The translations under genes and the position numbers were made by a program. A stretch of DNA of 36,464 bases from Chlamydiota bacterium (lineage in GTDB: Bacteria > Chlamydiota > Chlamydiia > Chlamydiales > Rhabdochlamydiaceae), in the NCBI GenBank assembly GCA_011065235.1, contig JAAKFB010000001.1:1-36464 (forward strand). Direction: 5' to 3'. Shown here in pieces: positions 7,604-16,626 of the stretch (positions are counted from its first letter, which is position 1; each line of letters begins with the position of its first letter). The notes under the pieces were generated by a model. It was not told the origin of the DNA and searched no databases. It worked only from the letters and a program-made list of their open reading frames with translations.

Positions 7604-9106
7604 TTACTCTCCTTCATCTTTATATCGCGTCCATCTCTTAATGTTCTCCACTTGAGAAATCGAATACCCAAGTTTTTTAGCATTACGAACAGCTTTACTC
7701 ATGTCACCCTTGTATTTATGAACGAGTGCACCCAACGTATTTTTTGTAAGTTGTGTTCCAGGAGTAACTTTATCCCCAGCATGGTCTAGAATCCATTTAT
7801 CGCCTTTTTCTTCTTCATACAACTCACGTGTTTTGTAGGAAGTCTCAGTCAGAATATTTCTGTGAATATTTTCTGTAGCTTCGTAGGCTCTATCTTCGAT
7901 GTCATTTCGTTCGTAACCAAAATCTATCATATCTTGTTTGGCTATCCGTTGATATGCCTCGGTATATGCCTTGTCAAGAGCAAGTTCACCTGCAAGCATC
8001 GCATTTTTTGTTAATGCTGAATATAGAGGGTCTCCAACTTCAGATGCAAGAGATGCGATTCTTTGTTCCAACCATTGATTTTGCGCTTTGGCAGAAACTT
8101 TTTCCATATTCCCAAAGAAAAAAGTCTTTCCAGATTGGCTAAGCATAGTACCTGCAGAGTTCATTAATTCAGGAAGATCTAATTTTTTTGATACATTAGC
8201 CCAGGATATAGGTCCTGTTTCTCCTGATTCAATAGCTATTTTTGACGTCATCAATGCACTTTCTTTACCTCTAAGAGATCTTCTCAACGCATTAAATTCA
8301 TCTCTAGATTTTTGTGCGCCTTTGGCATGGAAAGTTCTATCAGCTGCGAAACGAGAGTGGTCTAATTTTCTTTTTTCTAATTCTGCCGCACCTCCTCTCC
8401 TAATTCTTTCTGTAGGAGCTGCTTGTGTTGCCACTAATTGGTCTTCGGTCATATCGCCAAATATACTTTTTTGTGGAGCAATCTGAGGTTGAGCTACAGG
8501 CTCTTGAGGCTGTTGAGCTTGCTGTTGGGGTTGTGGTTCAAGAAATTGTGGTACATCTGGTTGTTGTTCGGGCTGAAGAAATTGAGGCAGACCTTGTTGT
8601 TGAGTGGGAGATTGAAGAAATTGTGGTAGATCTCGTTGTATTTGAGGTTGTTCGAATTGAGGTTGTTCACCACTTGGAGGAGGAACCGCAGGTGCTCCAG
8701 GAGATGCACCTTGAGGAATACCCATACCCTGCATATATTCCTTTTCACGTTGAGATTCTAAGGATGATTTCATTTGAGATTCCATGAAAGAGTGTTCGGC
8801 CTTCACATAGTCAAGAGGTACTCCAGCTTCAATAGCTTTATTCAACGCTGATACCACTTGAATGGAAGAAGGATTTGGGCCCAATGAAGCTATTGTCTCC
8901 TTGAGAATTGATCCATATTTTTGAGTTTGCTCAAATTGAAGACGACTCTTTTTTTTAAGATCTTCCTCTTCTTCCCCTCTTATTTTTTGCCGTAGATCTT
9001 CTTTTTGCTGTGTCTGCACTCGTTGTCCAAGAGCTGTTGAGAGCGCTGAACCAGCTCCCGTGATTCCTTCCGCTAATCCTGAAAGATCTCGTGTAACTAA
9101 TACCAT
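7604..9106 (-). CDS. virion-associated protein with a Q/P-rich PQFL repeat region (internal/ejection-protein position)
   Basis: 500-aa ORF whose ATG overlaps the upstream stop by 1 nt (TAATG at 9106). It has a low-complexity central segment. No enzymatic motif recognised. Confidence 0.6.
   Translation of the reverse strand: MVLVTRDLSGLAEGITGAGSALSTALGQRVQTQQKEDLRQKIRGEEEEDLKKKSRLQFEQTQKYGSILKETIASLGPNPSSIQVVSALNKAIEAGVPLDYVKAEHSFMESQMKSSLESQREKEYMQGMGIPQGASPGAPAVPPPSGEQPQFEQPQIQRDLPQFLQSPTQQQGLPQFLQPEQQPDVPQFLEPQPQQQAQQPQEPVAQPQIAPQKSIFGDMTEDQLVATQAAPTERIRRGGAAELEKRKLDHSRFAADRTFHAKGAQKSRDEFNALRRSLRGKESALMTSKIAIESGETGPISWANVSKKLDLPELMNSAGTMLSQSGKTFFFGNMEKVSAKAQNQWLEQRIASLASEVGDPLYSALTKNAMLAGELALDKAYTEAYQRIAKQDMIDFGYERNDIEDRAYEATENIHRNILTETSYKTRELYEEEKGDKWILDHAGDKVTPGTQLTKNTLGALVHKYKGDMSKAVRNAKKLGYSISQVENIKRWTRYKDEGE
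8471..8716. repeat. low-complexity Q/P-rich coding segment with three LPQFL/VPQFL units (36-38-nt spacing)
   Basis: agaaattg(t/a)gg recurs at 8541, 8577 and 8615. Protein: DLPQFLQSPTQQQGLPQFLQPEQQPDVPQFLEPQPQQQAQQPQEP. The segment spawns several spurious ORFs in other frames. Confidence 0.8.
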
Positions 9107-9921
9107 TATCTTGCCTCCAGCATCTCAACTTTTTTGTTGAGGTCCTTGATCGAATTAATCATGATGCCCATCAAACCATAGAGATCGACGGCTTTGATTC
9201 CTGAAATTTCTGTTTGGATTTCTTCAGGAACTTTCTCAGCGATGACACCTACTTTATCCTTCAATCCTCCCACTTGTTCGATAAAATCGTACATCTTGAC
9301 ATCGAGATTTTTGAGTGTCTCTAATCCTGTTTTGTATTCTCGGATGTTTTCTTTGACATGTTCAGAAGACATCGCTGTAGTTATACCAAGTTGGGCGAGA
9401 ATTTGCATAAGAGGACCCATTATTCCCTGTTGTTCTTGTATATGAGGTTCAAATGTTCTCTGGTTAGAAAGTCCTCCTAGACCTGAAAGAGCAGAAATTC
9501 TATTTGATTGACCTTGTTGGTAGAAGTTAGCTTCTTGAGCGCCAAGGGACGTTGTAAGGTCTGTAGCGCTTTGAGCTAGGGCTTGGTTCAATGCTGAAGA
9601 AGACCCTGCATTCTCATCGACATAACGCTGCTGAATGGCAGGTAATACACGTTGCTCATATTGCTGCATTGCAGGATCTACAACTGATCGTTGAAACAAA
9701 TCTTGACTAGGTGGCTGAAGTAGATCGCTGTAGGCTTGACCCGCTTGTTCGCCCAGGCCCGGAAGACCTAGACCCTGTAAGAACTGTTGTTGTTCCGGAG
9801 ATAACAGGCCGATGTCTTTTTGTCTCGTCGTCCCTCCGGTTAGAGTCCTTTGACCCTGCTTCGTTGCTGCCAATCCTGCCACTGGCCCCCCCAATGCTGT
9901 CGCTAGTCCTGCCTTTCCCAT
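9106..9921 (-). CDS. virion-associated protein (internal/ejection-protein position)
   Basis: 271-aa ORF with ATG at 9921 preceded by GGAGG 7 nt upstream. Gly/Ala/Gln-rich N-part (MGKAGLATALGGPVAGLAATKQGQ). Confidence 0.6.
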   Translation of the reverse strand: MGKAGLATALGGPVAGLAATKQGQRTLTGGTTRQKDIGLLSPEQQQFLQGLGLPGLGEQAGQAYSDLLQPPSQDLFQRSVVDPAMQQYEQRVLPAIQQRYVDENAGSSSALNQALAQSATDLTTSLGAQEANFYQQGQSNRISALSGLGGLSNQRTFEPHIQEQQGIMGPLMQILAQLGITTAMSSEHVKENIREYKTGLETLKNLDVKMYDFIEQVGGLKDKVGVIAEKVPEEIQTEISGIKAVDLYGLMGIMINSIKDLNKKVEMLEAR

Positions 9922-10384
9922 TTTCTTCCTCCGTATATTCCATTAAAACATGTTTGGATCTCTTGAATCCATATCTTTCTTGATGCTTAGGATATTTCGA
10001 TATCCATAAAACTTTGTTGAGATTTCCTTTTTTTCGAAACTCCCCGATAAATTTTGCTAACTTCTCAACTGCCTTATTTTTGAACCAATATTCATTGTCC
10101 AAGGAATAGGTGTGAATGCAAATATCTTTCGAGAGAGGATCGACTGTAAACCATACGAATCCCTTAGTCAAATTCTCTTCATTTGCCAACACATAGAGAT
10201 GGTTGTAAGGATTCAGTTGTACGCCATTTTCGTACGACTGAACACATGCCACTTCTTGAAATTTGTAGAAATCGTCTACTTCAAAAGATCTATCTCTTAT
10301 CTGCTCAACAAGATATTTGGGGATGTGAACAGGAGTGAAAACGCGTATCCATTTCAGATTATCAAATTTCTTTTCATCACTCAT
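9707..10384 (-). CDS. hypothetical protein in the virion module; first ~155 aa weakly acetyltransferase-like, last ~70 aa overlap the next gene out of frame
   Basis: 225-aa ORF. The C-terminal part of the globular region (..KYPKHQERYGFKRSKHVLME) loosely resembles the end of a GNAT fold, but motif A is degenerate. The tail (GRTSDSIGGASGRIGSNEAG..) looks like an off-frame read of 9106..9921. Confidence 0.5.
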   Translation of the reverse strand: MSDEKKFDNLKWIRVFTPVHIPKYLVEQIRDRSFEVDDFYKFQEVACVQSYENGVQLNPYNHLYVLANEENLTKGFVWFTVDPLSKDICIHTYSLDNEYWFKNKAVEKLAKFIGEFRKKGNLNKVLWISKYPKHQERYGFKRSKHVLMEYTEEENGKGRTSDSIGGASGRIGSNEAGSKDSNRRDDETKRHRPVISGTTTVLTGSRSSGPGRTSGSSLQRSTSAT

Positions 10385-10937
10385 CTTGCTGTCCTATATA
10401 TCTGATATGCCCAATCAATTGACCACTTCCAACAACTGCCTGCCTAGCTGTTGTGAATGCACTTCCTACATTCCAAAACTCAGCTCTAAAGGTGTTTGAG
10501 ATGCCATTAACGACGATCCCCGTTCCACCGGTGTATGTTAGTGCTGATGATTGAACCACCCCAACAAAAGGCTTCTGATTTGCGAGAGCAACCTTGTAAG
10601 GTAGTTCAATAAAAAGATTCCCTGATGCTCCTCCAGTAGCTGACCATTGAATGTCAAACCATACATCGACTATAATGCCTTGTCTAAGGACCCAACCTGT
10701 ATTATGAGTGTAAGTGAATGATCCCGATGTGGTCGTTCCCTTAAGGAGTGGTGTCCATAGATCGCTATCTACACCAAAATCAGCTCTAATTGTTCCATTT
10801 ACAGCTTCGGCAATCATCTCATACATACGCTGTAAGCTGAAATTCAACTCACGCATGTAGTCATCCATATCTTTTGGTTCACCTGATTTGATGTAATCGG
10901 AATGCAAAGGGAGAATGATGTTAGAGGGTAACGTCAA
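10377..10937 (-). CDS. fibre-tip-like protein, paralogue of the fibre-A C-terminal domain
   Basis: 186 aa. Residues ~60-186 (WTPLLKGTTTSGSFTYTHNTGWVLRQGIIVDVWFDIQWSATGGASGNLFIELPY..) align by eye with fibre A residues ~178-306 (FTPVIDGAVSG..GIYARVGPLVILQFDLSWTDLNGASGNIVLSGFP..). 4-nt ATGA overlap with the upstream gene. Confidence 0.65.
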   Translation of the reverse strand: MTLPSNIILPLHSDYIKSGEPKDMDDYMRELNFSLQRMYEMIAEAVNGTIRADFGVDSDLWTPLLKGTTTSGSFTYTHNTGWVLRQGIIVDVWFDIQWSATGGASGNLFIELPYKVALANQKPFVGVVQSSALTYTGGTGIVVNGISNTFRAEFWNVGSAFTTARQAVVGSGQLIGHIRYIGQQDE

Positions 10938-13051
10938 TTGATTGTCCTCTTACCACGGGCTTTGAATGAAGGCTTGAAAGCCTCAATTCTTAACGGTTGA
11001 TTAGAGCCTTCATTGGATATTTTCATCGTATGTTGAAATCCAATCCCTCCAGCAATGATTCTCTTCCAGGATATCGTTCTGTAAAATTTCTTTCTGACAA
11101 CCTGTCCACCAGTTGTGTATGTAGAGAATAGGGAACCATCTATACCGTCTAGGGAAAAATTGTTCGCATCAACCAGGGTGATAGTGTACTCACCGTTAAT
11201 ACCAATCTTACCCTGAACACCATAGATGTATATGATGTCACCTGTTGATAATCCATGGTTGGACGCTTCTACAACTGCCGGGTTTGCGTCTGAGATATTT
11301 GCAACAGATGCCACATAGTCCAAGGGAGGTAAAATATCACTTTGGCGTGTGACATACGGAGCAGTATCAGAGTCTTTGAAAAATTGAACAGTAATTCGGG
11401 TAGTTGATTCGGTCTGGACAAGAAGATCAACGTAATTGAGTTGACACTCCTTACCCTCCTTCTGAAATGGGTTCCAGGCATTAGTCGTAAGATTACACGA
11501 AATATCGGTTTCATTATCTGTCCCTGTTGTTTGCAATGTATGGACTACACCACCTGTTGTTCCACCAACGAAAACCTCTGCATCGTCTTGCCAAAAATAG
11601 GATTGTAGTGTCTCTTCATTCATGTCCGATAGCTTAAAATCCAGTCCATTTTCAGCAGTAAAATCACTAAGTTTGTAGTCATATCCTTGGTTGGCTAATC
11701 CTAGAACATTCATTGCGATGTCATACTGAGAATATGCGGAAGATTCATCATCAAAAATTAGAGCTTTAGTGCTTTCCGTGGATCCTGAGGGAGGATAGAG
11801 AGTCCAAAATCTTTGGTTATTGAAGTCTCTCGCGCAAAATACTTTTTGGAAGTTGGTAGTGTCCACTTCATCAGATGTGAAGTCATGAATTCTCTCGTCG
11901 ATTCTTCTTGTTTCAACGCCGTCGGTTGCTGTTATTCCTCTGACACCAAAGCCAACGATATATCGATCGAATTGGGATGTTGCCATCTTGCCATCACAGG
12001 CCCTAAAATCATTAATTTTATCCCACCTAAATGGTTTTGCCGGATCGCCGGTATTAGGTCGTAAAGTCCATACTGAGTTCGTAAAAAACACGATGATAAT
12101 ATCCTGAAGTGGTCGAGCAGATATTATTTGTTGACCAGTAGGAGCATCGACGAAACCACCTTGTCCAGGTATTACATCATTCCAAATTGAAGGGCTTTGG
12201 ACTTGGCTAAACCTCGCCCGTTGAGGGAAGGTTTTTGTCGATGCAGTGGCTGAGTCAAATTCAAATGTGTGCAGAACAACTAGTCGTTGTCGGATTGAAA
12301 ATATTAGCTTTGATCCGTAGAGAGTTCGCGTAGAGCTAAGTGTGGGTCGAAATCCTGTCGTTATTGTTGTGGAAACTAATGGATCGTAAAAACGTATCCC
12401 GTCAAGACTTACATTATCGAAAGCCTTTCCATTAGTGAAATACATACGGTTGGTTCCGCCAGTACTTTGCCAATTCTCAGTCCATATATAATCAGTGTCA
12501 CTACCACTCATGATATCGGCTGTATCTAAAGGGTCAAACCTGTCCGATATTCTGTTATAGAAAGCTGCTCGCTTAGTGTCGAAAGCCAGAAATGTTTTGG
12601 ATCCGTCAGAGGCATAATATATATGCAAACCCATCATTCTGTTTGCATCAAATAGAGCTACCCGTCCACCTGTTGTATATGAAGTGAATGCCGAAGTATT
12701 TTCACCTGAAAGTTCAAGAGTATTTGGTGCAACATTAGCTGCCGTAAAGGTACGATTGTTGAGTTCTGTCATTCCTCCAACATTGGTAATCAATACTTTC
12801 TGACCATTTGTGATTCCATGTCCGTTAGCTGTAACTACTCCAGGATTTGCTTCAGTTATAGCTGTGATCGTTGTAGCAGGATTGTGAACCATGAATCCGA
12901 ATAGGCGAAATCCACCACGTTTTTCAATAAATCCGTGATGAACATGGAAGTTGTTTAGCTCTTCAAATGAATCGATAGGCGCGAGCCATGGCGAAACGTC
13001 AGTGTCTATGCCTGTTTTAAATGGTGCAATTAAGACAGGTTGGGTCATCAA
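10934..13051 (-). CDS. large tail structural protein (nozzle/tubular-protein position) carrying two FCCH-like modules
   Basis: 705-aa ORF. Module copies lie at aa ~60-132 (nt 12656..12874) and aa ~580-650 (nt 11102..11314). Coupled by 4-nt overlaps on both sides. Confidence 0.65.
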   Translation of the reverse strand: MMTQPVLIAPFKTGIDTDVSPWLAPIDSFEELNNFHVHHGFIEKRGGFRLFGFMVHNPATTITAITEANPGVVTANGHGITNGQKVLITNVGGMTELNNRTFTAANVAPNTLELSGENTSAFTSYTTGGRVALFDANRMMGLHIYYASDGSKTFLAFDTKRAAFYNRISDRFDPLDTADIMSGSDTDYIWTENWQSTGGTNRMYFTNGKAFDNVSLDGIRFYDPLVSTTITTGFRPTLSSTRTLYGSKLIFSIRQRLVVLHTFEFDSATASTKTFPQRARFSQVQSPSIWNDVIPGQGGFVDAPTGQQIISARPLQDIIIVFFTNSVWTLRPNTGDPAKPFRWDKINDFRACDGKMATSQFDRYIVGFGVRGITATDGVETRRIDERIHDFTSDEVDTTNFQKVFCARDFNNQRFWTLYPPSGSTESTKALIFDDESSAYSQYDIAMNVLGLANQGYDYKLSDFTAENGLDFKLSDMNEETLQSYFWQDDAEVFVGGTTGGVVHTLQTTGTDNETDISCNLTTNAWNPFQKEGKECQLNYVDLLVQTESTTRITVQFFKDSDTAPYVTRQSDILPPLDYVASVANISDANPAVVEASNHGLSTGDIIYIYGVQGKIGINGEYTITLVDANNFSLDGIDGSLFSTYTTGGQVVRKKFYRTISWKRIIAGGIGFQHTMKISNEGSNQPLRIEAFKPSFKARGKRTIN

Positions 13052-13704
13052 CGACCACCGATGACGATGAAGTCAAATATCTCAGCTTGGAAATCACCAG
13101 ATCCTGTTCCTGATTGGTCTGTACGTCTTATTGTAACCTTGAACGATCCAGGTAATTTGCTTTTAAAGTTACATACCCTTTGATGATTTTCACCATTTTG
13201 GTTCGCTGTAAGAAGAACTTGATAATTCGTATTTGCCATCGCATTCGTGAAAGTAACGGTAACTTGACCTGAATTCGCTCCTGTAAGCCCAGTCGTGCAG
13301 TTGAAAAGACCAGATCCAACACCTGTTTTTGATACTGTCCCTTTGGCTGTTACCATGTTGGCCTGGGTGTAGGTTAGGGTAGAACCAAATGCTAAGGATT
13401 TCACCTTAAATGGGACAGCTGTGCTCCCTATGCTTCCTCCAGATGTTAGCTGGAGAATGGTCCCAGCGCCTGTTCTCATGAATGTTTCTGCTGCTGCACT
13501 GGCTGTTTTTACATAGAATATTGTACTTCCCGCGATTGTAGCAGGATCATTTGATGCAGGTAAATCGGTTCGATTTTGTAGGTTTAATGCATGTGGCTTG
13601 AACGTTGAATCGCCAGATTCAATTGCTGCCCAGTTAGGTCGTATCACAACACCTAGGTCTCGTATAAGTGTTGTATCTGCTGGTTCTCCTACTACAAATG
13701 CCAT
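13048..13704 (-). CDS. virion structural protein (218 aa)
   Basis: ORF in the head-tail joining region, coupled to the 705-aa gene. No motif recognised. Confidence 0.6.
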   Translation of the reverse strand: MAFVVGEPADTTLIRDLGVVIRPNWAAIESGDSTFKPHALNLQNRTDLPASNDPATIAGSTIFYVKTASAAAETFMRTGAGTILQLTSGGSIGSTAVPFKVKSLAFGSTLTYTQANMVTAKGTVSKTGVGSGLFNCTTGLTGANSGQVTVTFTNAMANTNYQVLLTANQNGENHQRVCNFKSKLPGSFKVTIRRTDQSGTGSGDFQAEIFDFIVIGGR

Positions 13705-13715
13705 TTTTTATGCTC

Positions 13716-14609
13716 CTAAAAGTTCGGTTGTGCTCTTGTGTTAAGAAGATTCTGATTGGTCCTCTTAAGCACGTATGCAAGCTGTTCTTTGTATAATATC
13801 GTGATTTCTTGGTAAGCGTCCATCTCACCATTATCAGCTACAATATCCCTTGATGCTCCATATGCAATACATGGGCCCCATTGATCCAAATCGGGTCTAT
13901 CCGTGGCATTTGTCAAGGCTGAGACTACCGAATATGCTTGAGCTCTAAAGCGATAGGCGGTGTCTGGTGTTGGGAAAAACTGAAACTGATTGTTGTACAT
14001 CAAAACAGCTATAGGTCTTCCTACTGACATCTTGACAAATGAAAGTGTTATGTCTTGACCGTTAGCCGGTGCAGTAAAGAAAGAGACAGCGATAGCACCT
14101 GTGTTATAATTGACTGTACCGGTCCCCCCTAGGTCTCCTGTGATGTTTTGTGTTGTCGTCGACCATGTTTTATTTGTGTCTTCAAACGTCTCTGTTTCGT
14201 CAGTTATAACCAACGAATCAGGCATGATTGGTGGCGATGCAAGAGTTGTAGAGAATGAAACTGTCGATCCATCTCCAGTCCAAGGAATTTGTCTTTGGAT
14301 AGTCAAAGGATTTTGATCAAAAAATGCTGCAGAGCTTTGGTACCACAACATTTCAAGCTCGTCGATAGTAGCTGGGGGTTCAATGTTTGTGAATGTATCC
14401 TCAGGAAGATCATACCATGTGGTATTTTCGCTAGTCAGGAATTCATAGTACGTTAGCTTCCTGTCAAGTTTGAGTTCTGCAGGAAAGGTGAGCTGATAAT
14501 ATCTGTTGATATACTGATCTAAGATGACATTTGACATCTCACCATCAGTAAGTCTACCAGTCACTTGCCTAACTTTCGTTCGAATGTCTGCTAACGTATA
14601 TGTTGCCAT
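13716..14609 (-). CDS. virion structural protein, adaptor/connector position (297 aa)
   Basis: ORF between the capsid and tail genes. Function is inferred from position only. Confidence 0.55.
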   Translation of the reverse strand: MATYTLADIRTKVRQVTGRLTDGEMSNVILDQYINRYYQLTFPAELKLDRKLTYYEFLTSENTTWYDLPEDTFTNIEPPATIDELEMLWYQSSAAFFDQNPLTIQRQIPWTGDGSTVSFSTTLASPPIMPDSLVITDETETFEDTNKTWSTTTQNITGDLGGTGTVNYNTGAIAVSFFTAPANGQDITLSFVKMSVGRPIAVLMYNNQFQFFPTPDTAYRFRAQAYSVVSALTNATDRPDLDQWGPCIAYGASRDIVADNGEMDAYQEITILYKEQLAYVLKRTNQNLLNTRAQPNF

Positions 14610-14617
14610 TATTTACC

Positions 14618-14974
14618 TCAAGCAAATGATTGACTCATTCTGAATCGTGGTTTCGTTCCAACTTGTTTTTTTGTCATGCTTCCTTTTCCATCTGGTCGCC
14701 ATTCCCAGATAGGTGTTGTCCTAGATTCTAGGTGACGTGCAAGAAATCGAGGAACCATGTATTTTGTACTTTGGAAGAGGGTAAATGTATGCTGATTGTT
14801 AGTATCCCCATAGACAAATCGCTGACAAAGTCCAGGCTCTTCAAGATTGTAGAATTCATATTCTAAGACCTCTCTAAGGAACTTTTCTTCTTTCTCACTT
14901 TCCGGTTGTTTTCCAACAATTGGAAGGGACTCCAGTTTTTTCAAATCTAATTCTTTGTGTTTCAACTCACTCAT
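14618..14974 (-). CDS. small virion-module protein (118 aa)
   Basis: First ORF after the strong terminator. AAGGAG 8 nt upstream of the ATG at 14974. Confidence 0.6.
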   Translation of the reverse strand: MSELKHKELDLKKLESLPIVGKQPESEKEEKFLREVLEYEFYNLEEPGLCQRFVYGDTNNQHTFTLFQSTKYMVPRFLARHLESRTTPIWEWRPDGKGSMTKKQVGTKPRFRMSQSFA

Positions 14975-14987
14975 ATTTTCTCCTTGT

Positions 14988-15051
14988 AAAAGAGAGGGGA
15001 AGGGCTTTGAATTTTAAACTTGAGGCTTTCACGCTTAAACCTTCCCCTCTC
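14988..15051 (-). terminator. rho-independent-type terminator after the capsid/decoration genes
   Basis: 12-bp GC-rich stem (gagaggggaagg at 14992..15003 pairs with ccttcccctctc at 15040..15051), followed on the minus strand by UUUU (14988..14991). The loop is long (~36 nt). Confidence 0.6.
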
Positions 15052-15059
15052 AACATAAT

Positions 15060-15662
15060 TTACACTACAGATTCTTCTCCGTAGCAAATTGCAGTCATAA
15101 CAGCACTGTTCGCTCCTACAGCACCTGTACCAAGCGTGAGTCCACGAATAGCAAGGTTTTCAAGAACTATAGCTGCACCAGTAGTATCTGTAACACGTGT
15201 TACAACACCACCAGAGACCCAAACACTATACGCGGTAACGGTAGTGTTTTCGACCAAAGTGATGGTTGTAGCGGTTAAAGATGCTATGACGAATGTATTG
15301 TTCAGGCTTAGTGTGCCTGTCAAATCATCCGCCACGTCGGCCACTTTAATAGTGTCTCCAGCTGCAAAGCCAAACGTAGCAGTGTCGTTCACTGTGATTA
15401 CGCCCGGATTAGCATTCGTAAAGGCACTTATGGTTGCTCCATAAGCTGAACTTTGTGCTAGTGGTGTAACACCGTTAGTTGTGGTGAATGCCAAGGTACC
15501 CAACGTAAAATACGATGCGTCAGCCATGTTAGCCATCCACTCAAAACGGTTTGGTGTTGTCGTGTCCCAGATCTCAATCTTAGCTGTTGTGAAACCTACA
15601 TCTAGGTTCCTAGCTACGGCAGAGCTGGCATTTGTCCACGAAAATCTTTTGATTTGCGCCAT
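15060..15662 (-). CDS. head decoration/head-fibre-like protein with an FCCH-like module
   Basis: 200-aa ORF immediately downstream of the major capsid gene and upstream of the terminator. Module at aa ~76-154 (nt 15201..15437). Confidence 0.6.
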   Translation of the reverse strand: MAQIKRFSWTNASSAVARNLDVGFTTAKIEIWDTTTPNRFEWMANMADASYFTLGTLAFTTTNGVTPLAQSSAYGATISAFTNANPGVITVNDTATFGFAAGDTIKVADVADDLTGTLSLNNTFVIASLTATTITLVENTTVTAYSVWVSGGVVTRVTDTTGAAIVLENLAIRGLTLGTGAVGANSAVMTAICYGEESVV

Positions 15663-15673
15663 GATCTACCTCC

Positions 15674-16615
15674 TTAAGAATGGGTTGCCATTAGGTTTAA
15701 CATAAATGCATCGTTGAGAATTCGGCTAACGAAGGGATGTTGCCAACCCACCGACCCTCTTTGATGTAATGGATCTGCAGCTCCAGCAGATCCAAGCGGT
15801 TCGATATAGAAATCGCCACTTTCACTGCCGAGGTGAACCACGGCATAGGCTTCTTTTCCAATGATGAAGTTGTTGTATACAGCTGTTGCAGCGCTTGAAA
15901 CGCTACCCACAGAAGTGTACAACCATCTCACGTTGGAAGTAGAACCCCATTCATTATCAAGAACTCTAGAGTTATTAGGATAGTTAGCAGAACTAAGGAA
16001 GTTAGCAACTGCTTCTAAATCATCTAATAAATCTGTGTCCAGATATGCGAAGAAACTCGGCCGAACTGGAGCGGTGCCGAAGGCATCCCTGCCTTCTATG
16101 ACATCAGAAATCATCTCTGCATCGTTTCCGAGAAGAGTTTTGATCGCCGAATCGATATCAGCTTTTGTGAGTTCTGTTGGAGTGTTACCGTTAGTACCAT
16201 TGGCACATTGCAAGACTGAGCTTGTAGAGGCCAATACGTCACGTGTAACTTCATCCATCGTTTGAGCCAAGTTCTGAGCTAGAAGACGTGCAGACTCATT
16301 GAGAACGCGATCTTCAACTGTCAATTCAACTTGGTTAGTGATGGTTACAAAGTTCCCGTAGAAATCTACGCGAGCTTTGATATCCGTAGCTGATAATGGT
16401 GCTCCAGGAGGAGTGATACCATCAACCAACGGAATAGGCACGGTACTCAAACGTGAATACCTACGAAAAACAATAGTGTCGCCCATCTTTTCGGGAAGTA
16501 CTCTCTTCTGCGCAAAACGAGTGTGCACAAGAGCAGGGTATGCCGTCATCAGCAAAAGCCTGTCGTAGTACTCCCTAACAGCTGGAGGCAACACGGCGAC
16601 TGTTGTAATAGCCAT
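15674..16615 (-). CDS. major capsid protein, HK97 fold (N4-gp56-like family by recollection)
   Basis: 313 aa. The N-terminus ..REYYDRLLLMTAYPALVHTRFAQKRVLPEKMGDTIVFRRY and the C-terminal ..ADPLHQRGSVGWQHPF are hallmark strings of this capsid family. It sits after the scaffold gene. Confidence 0.85.
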   Translation of the reverse strand: MAITTVAVLPPAVREYYDRLLLMTAYPALVHTRFAQKRVLPEKMGDTIVFRRYSRLSTVPIPLVDGITPPGAPLSATDIKARVDFYGNFVTITNQVELTVEDRVLNESARLLAQNLAQTMDEVTRDVLASTSSVLQCANGTNGNTPTELTKADIDSAIKTLLGNDAEMISDVIEGRDAFGTAPVRPSFFAYLDTDLLDDLEAVANFLSSANYPNNSRVLDNEWGSTSNVRWLYTSVGSVSSAATAVYNNFIIGKEAYAVVHLGSESGDFYIEPLGSAGAADPLHQRGSVGWQHPFVSRILNDAFMLNLMATHS

Positions 16616-16626
16616 ATTTTATCTCC

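Noticed and set aside
8088-8787. Plus- and minus-strand ORFs (8088..8486, 8425..8787, 8438..8629, 8494..8748) inside the 500-aa gene
   Set aside because: They arise from the Q/P-rich repetitive DNA. The translations are repetitive (VVV/EEI or NN-rich) and lack RBS context.
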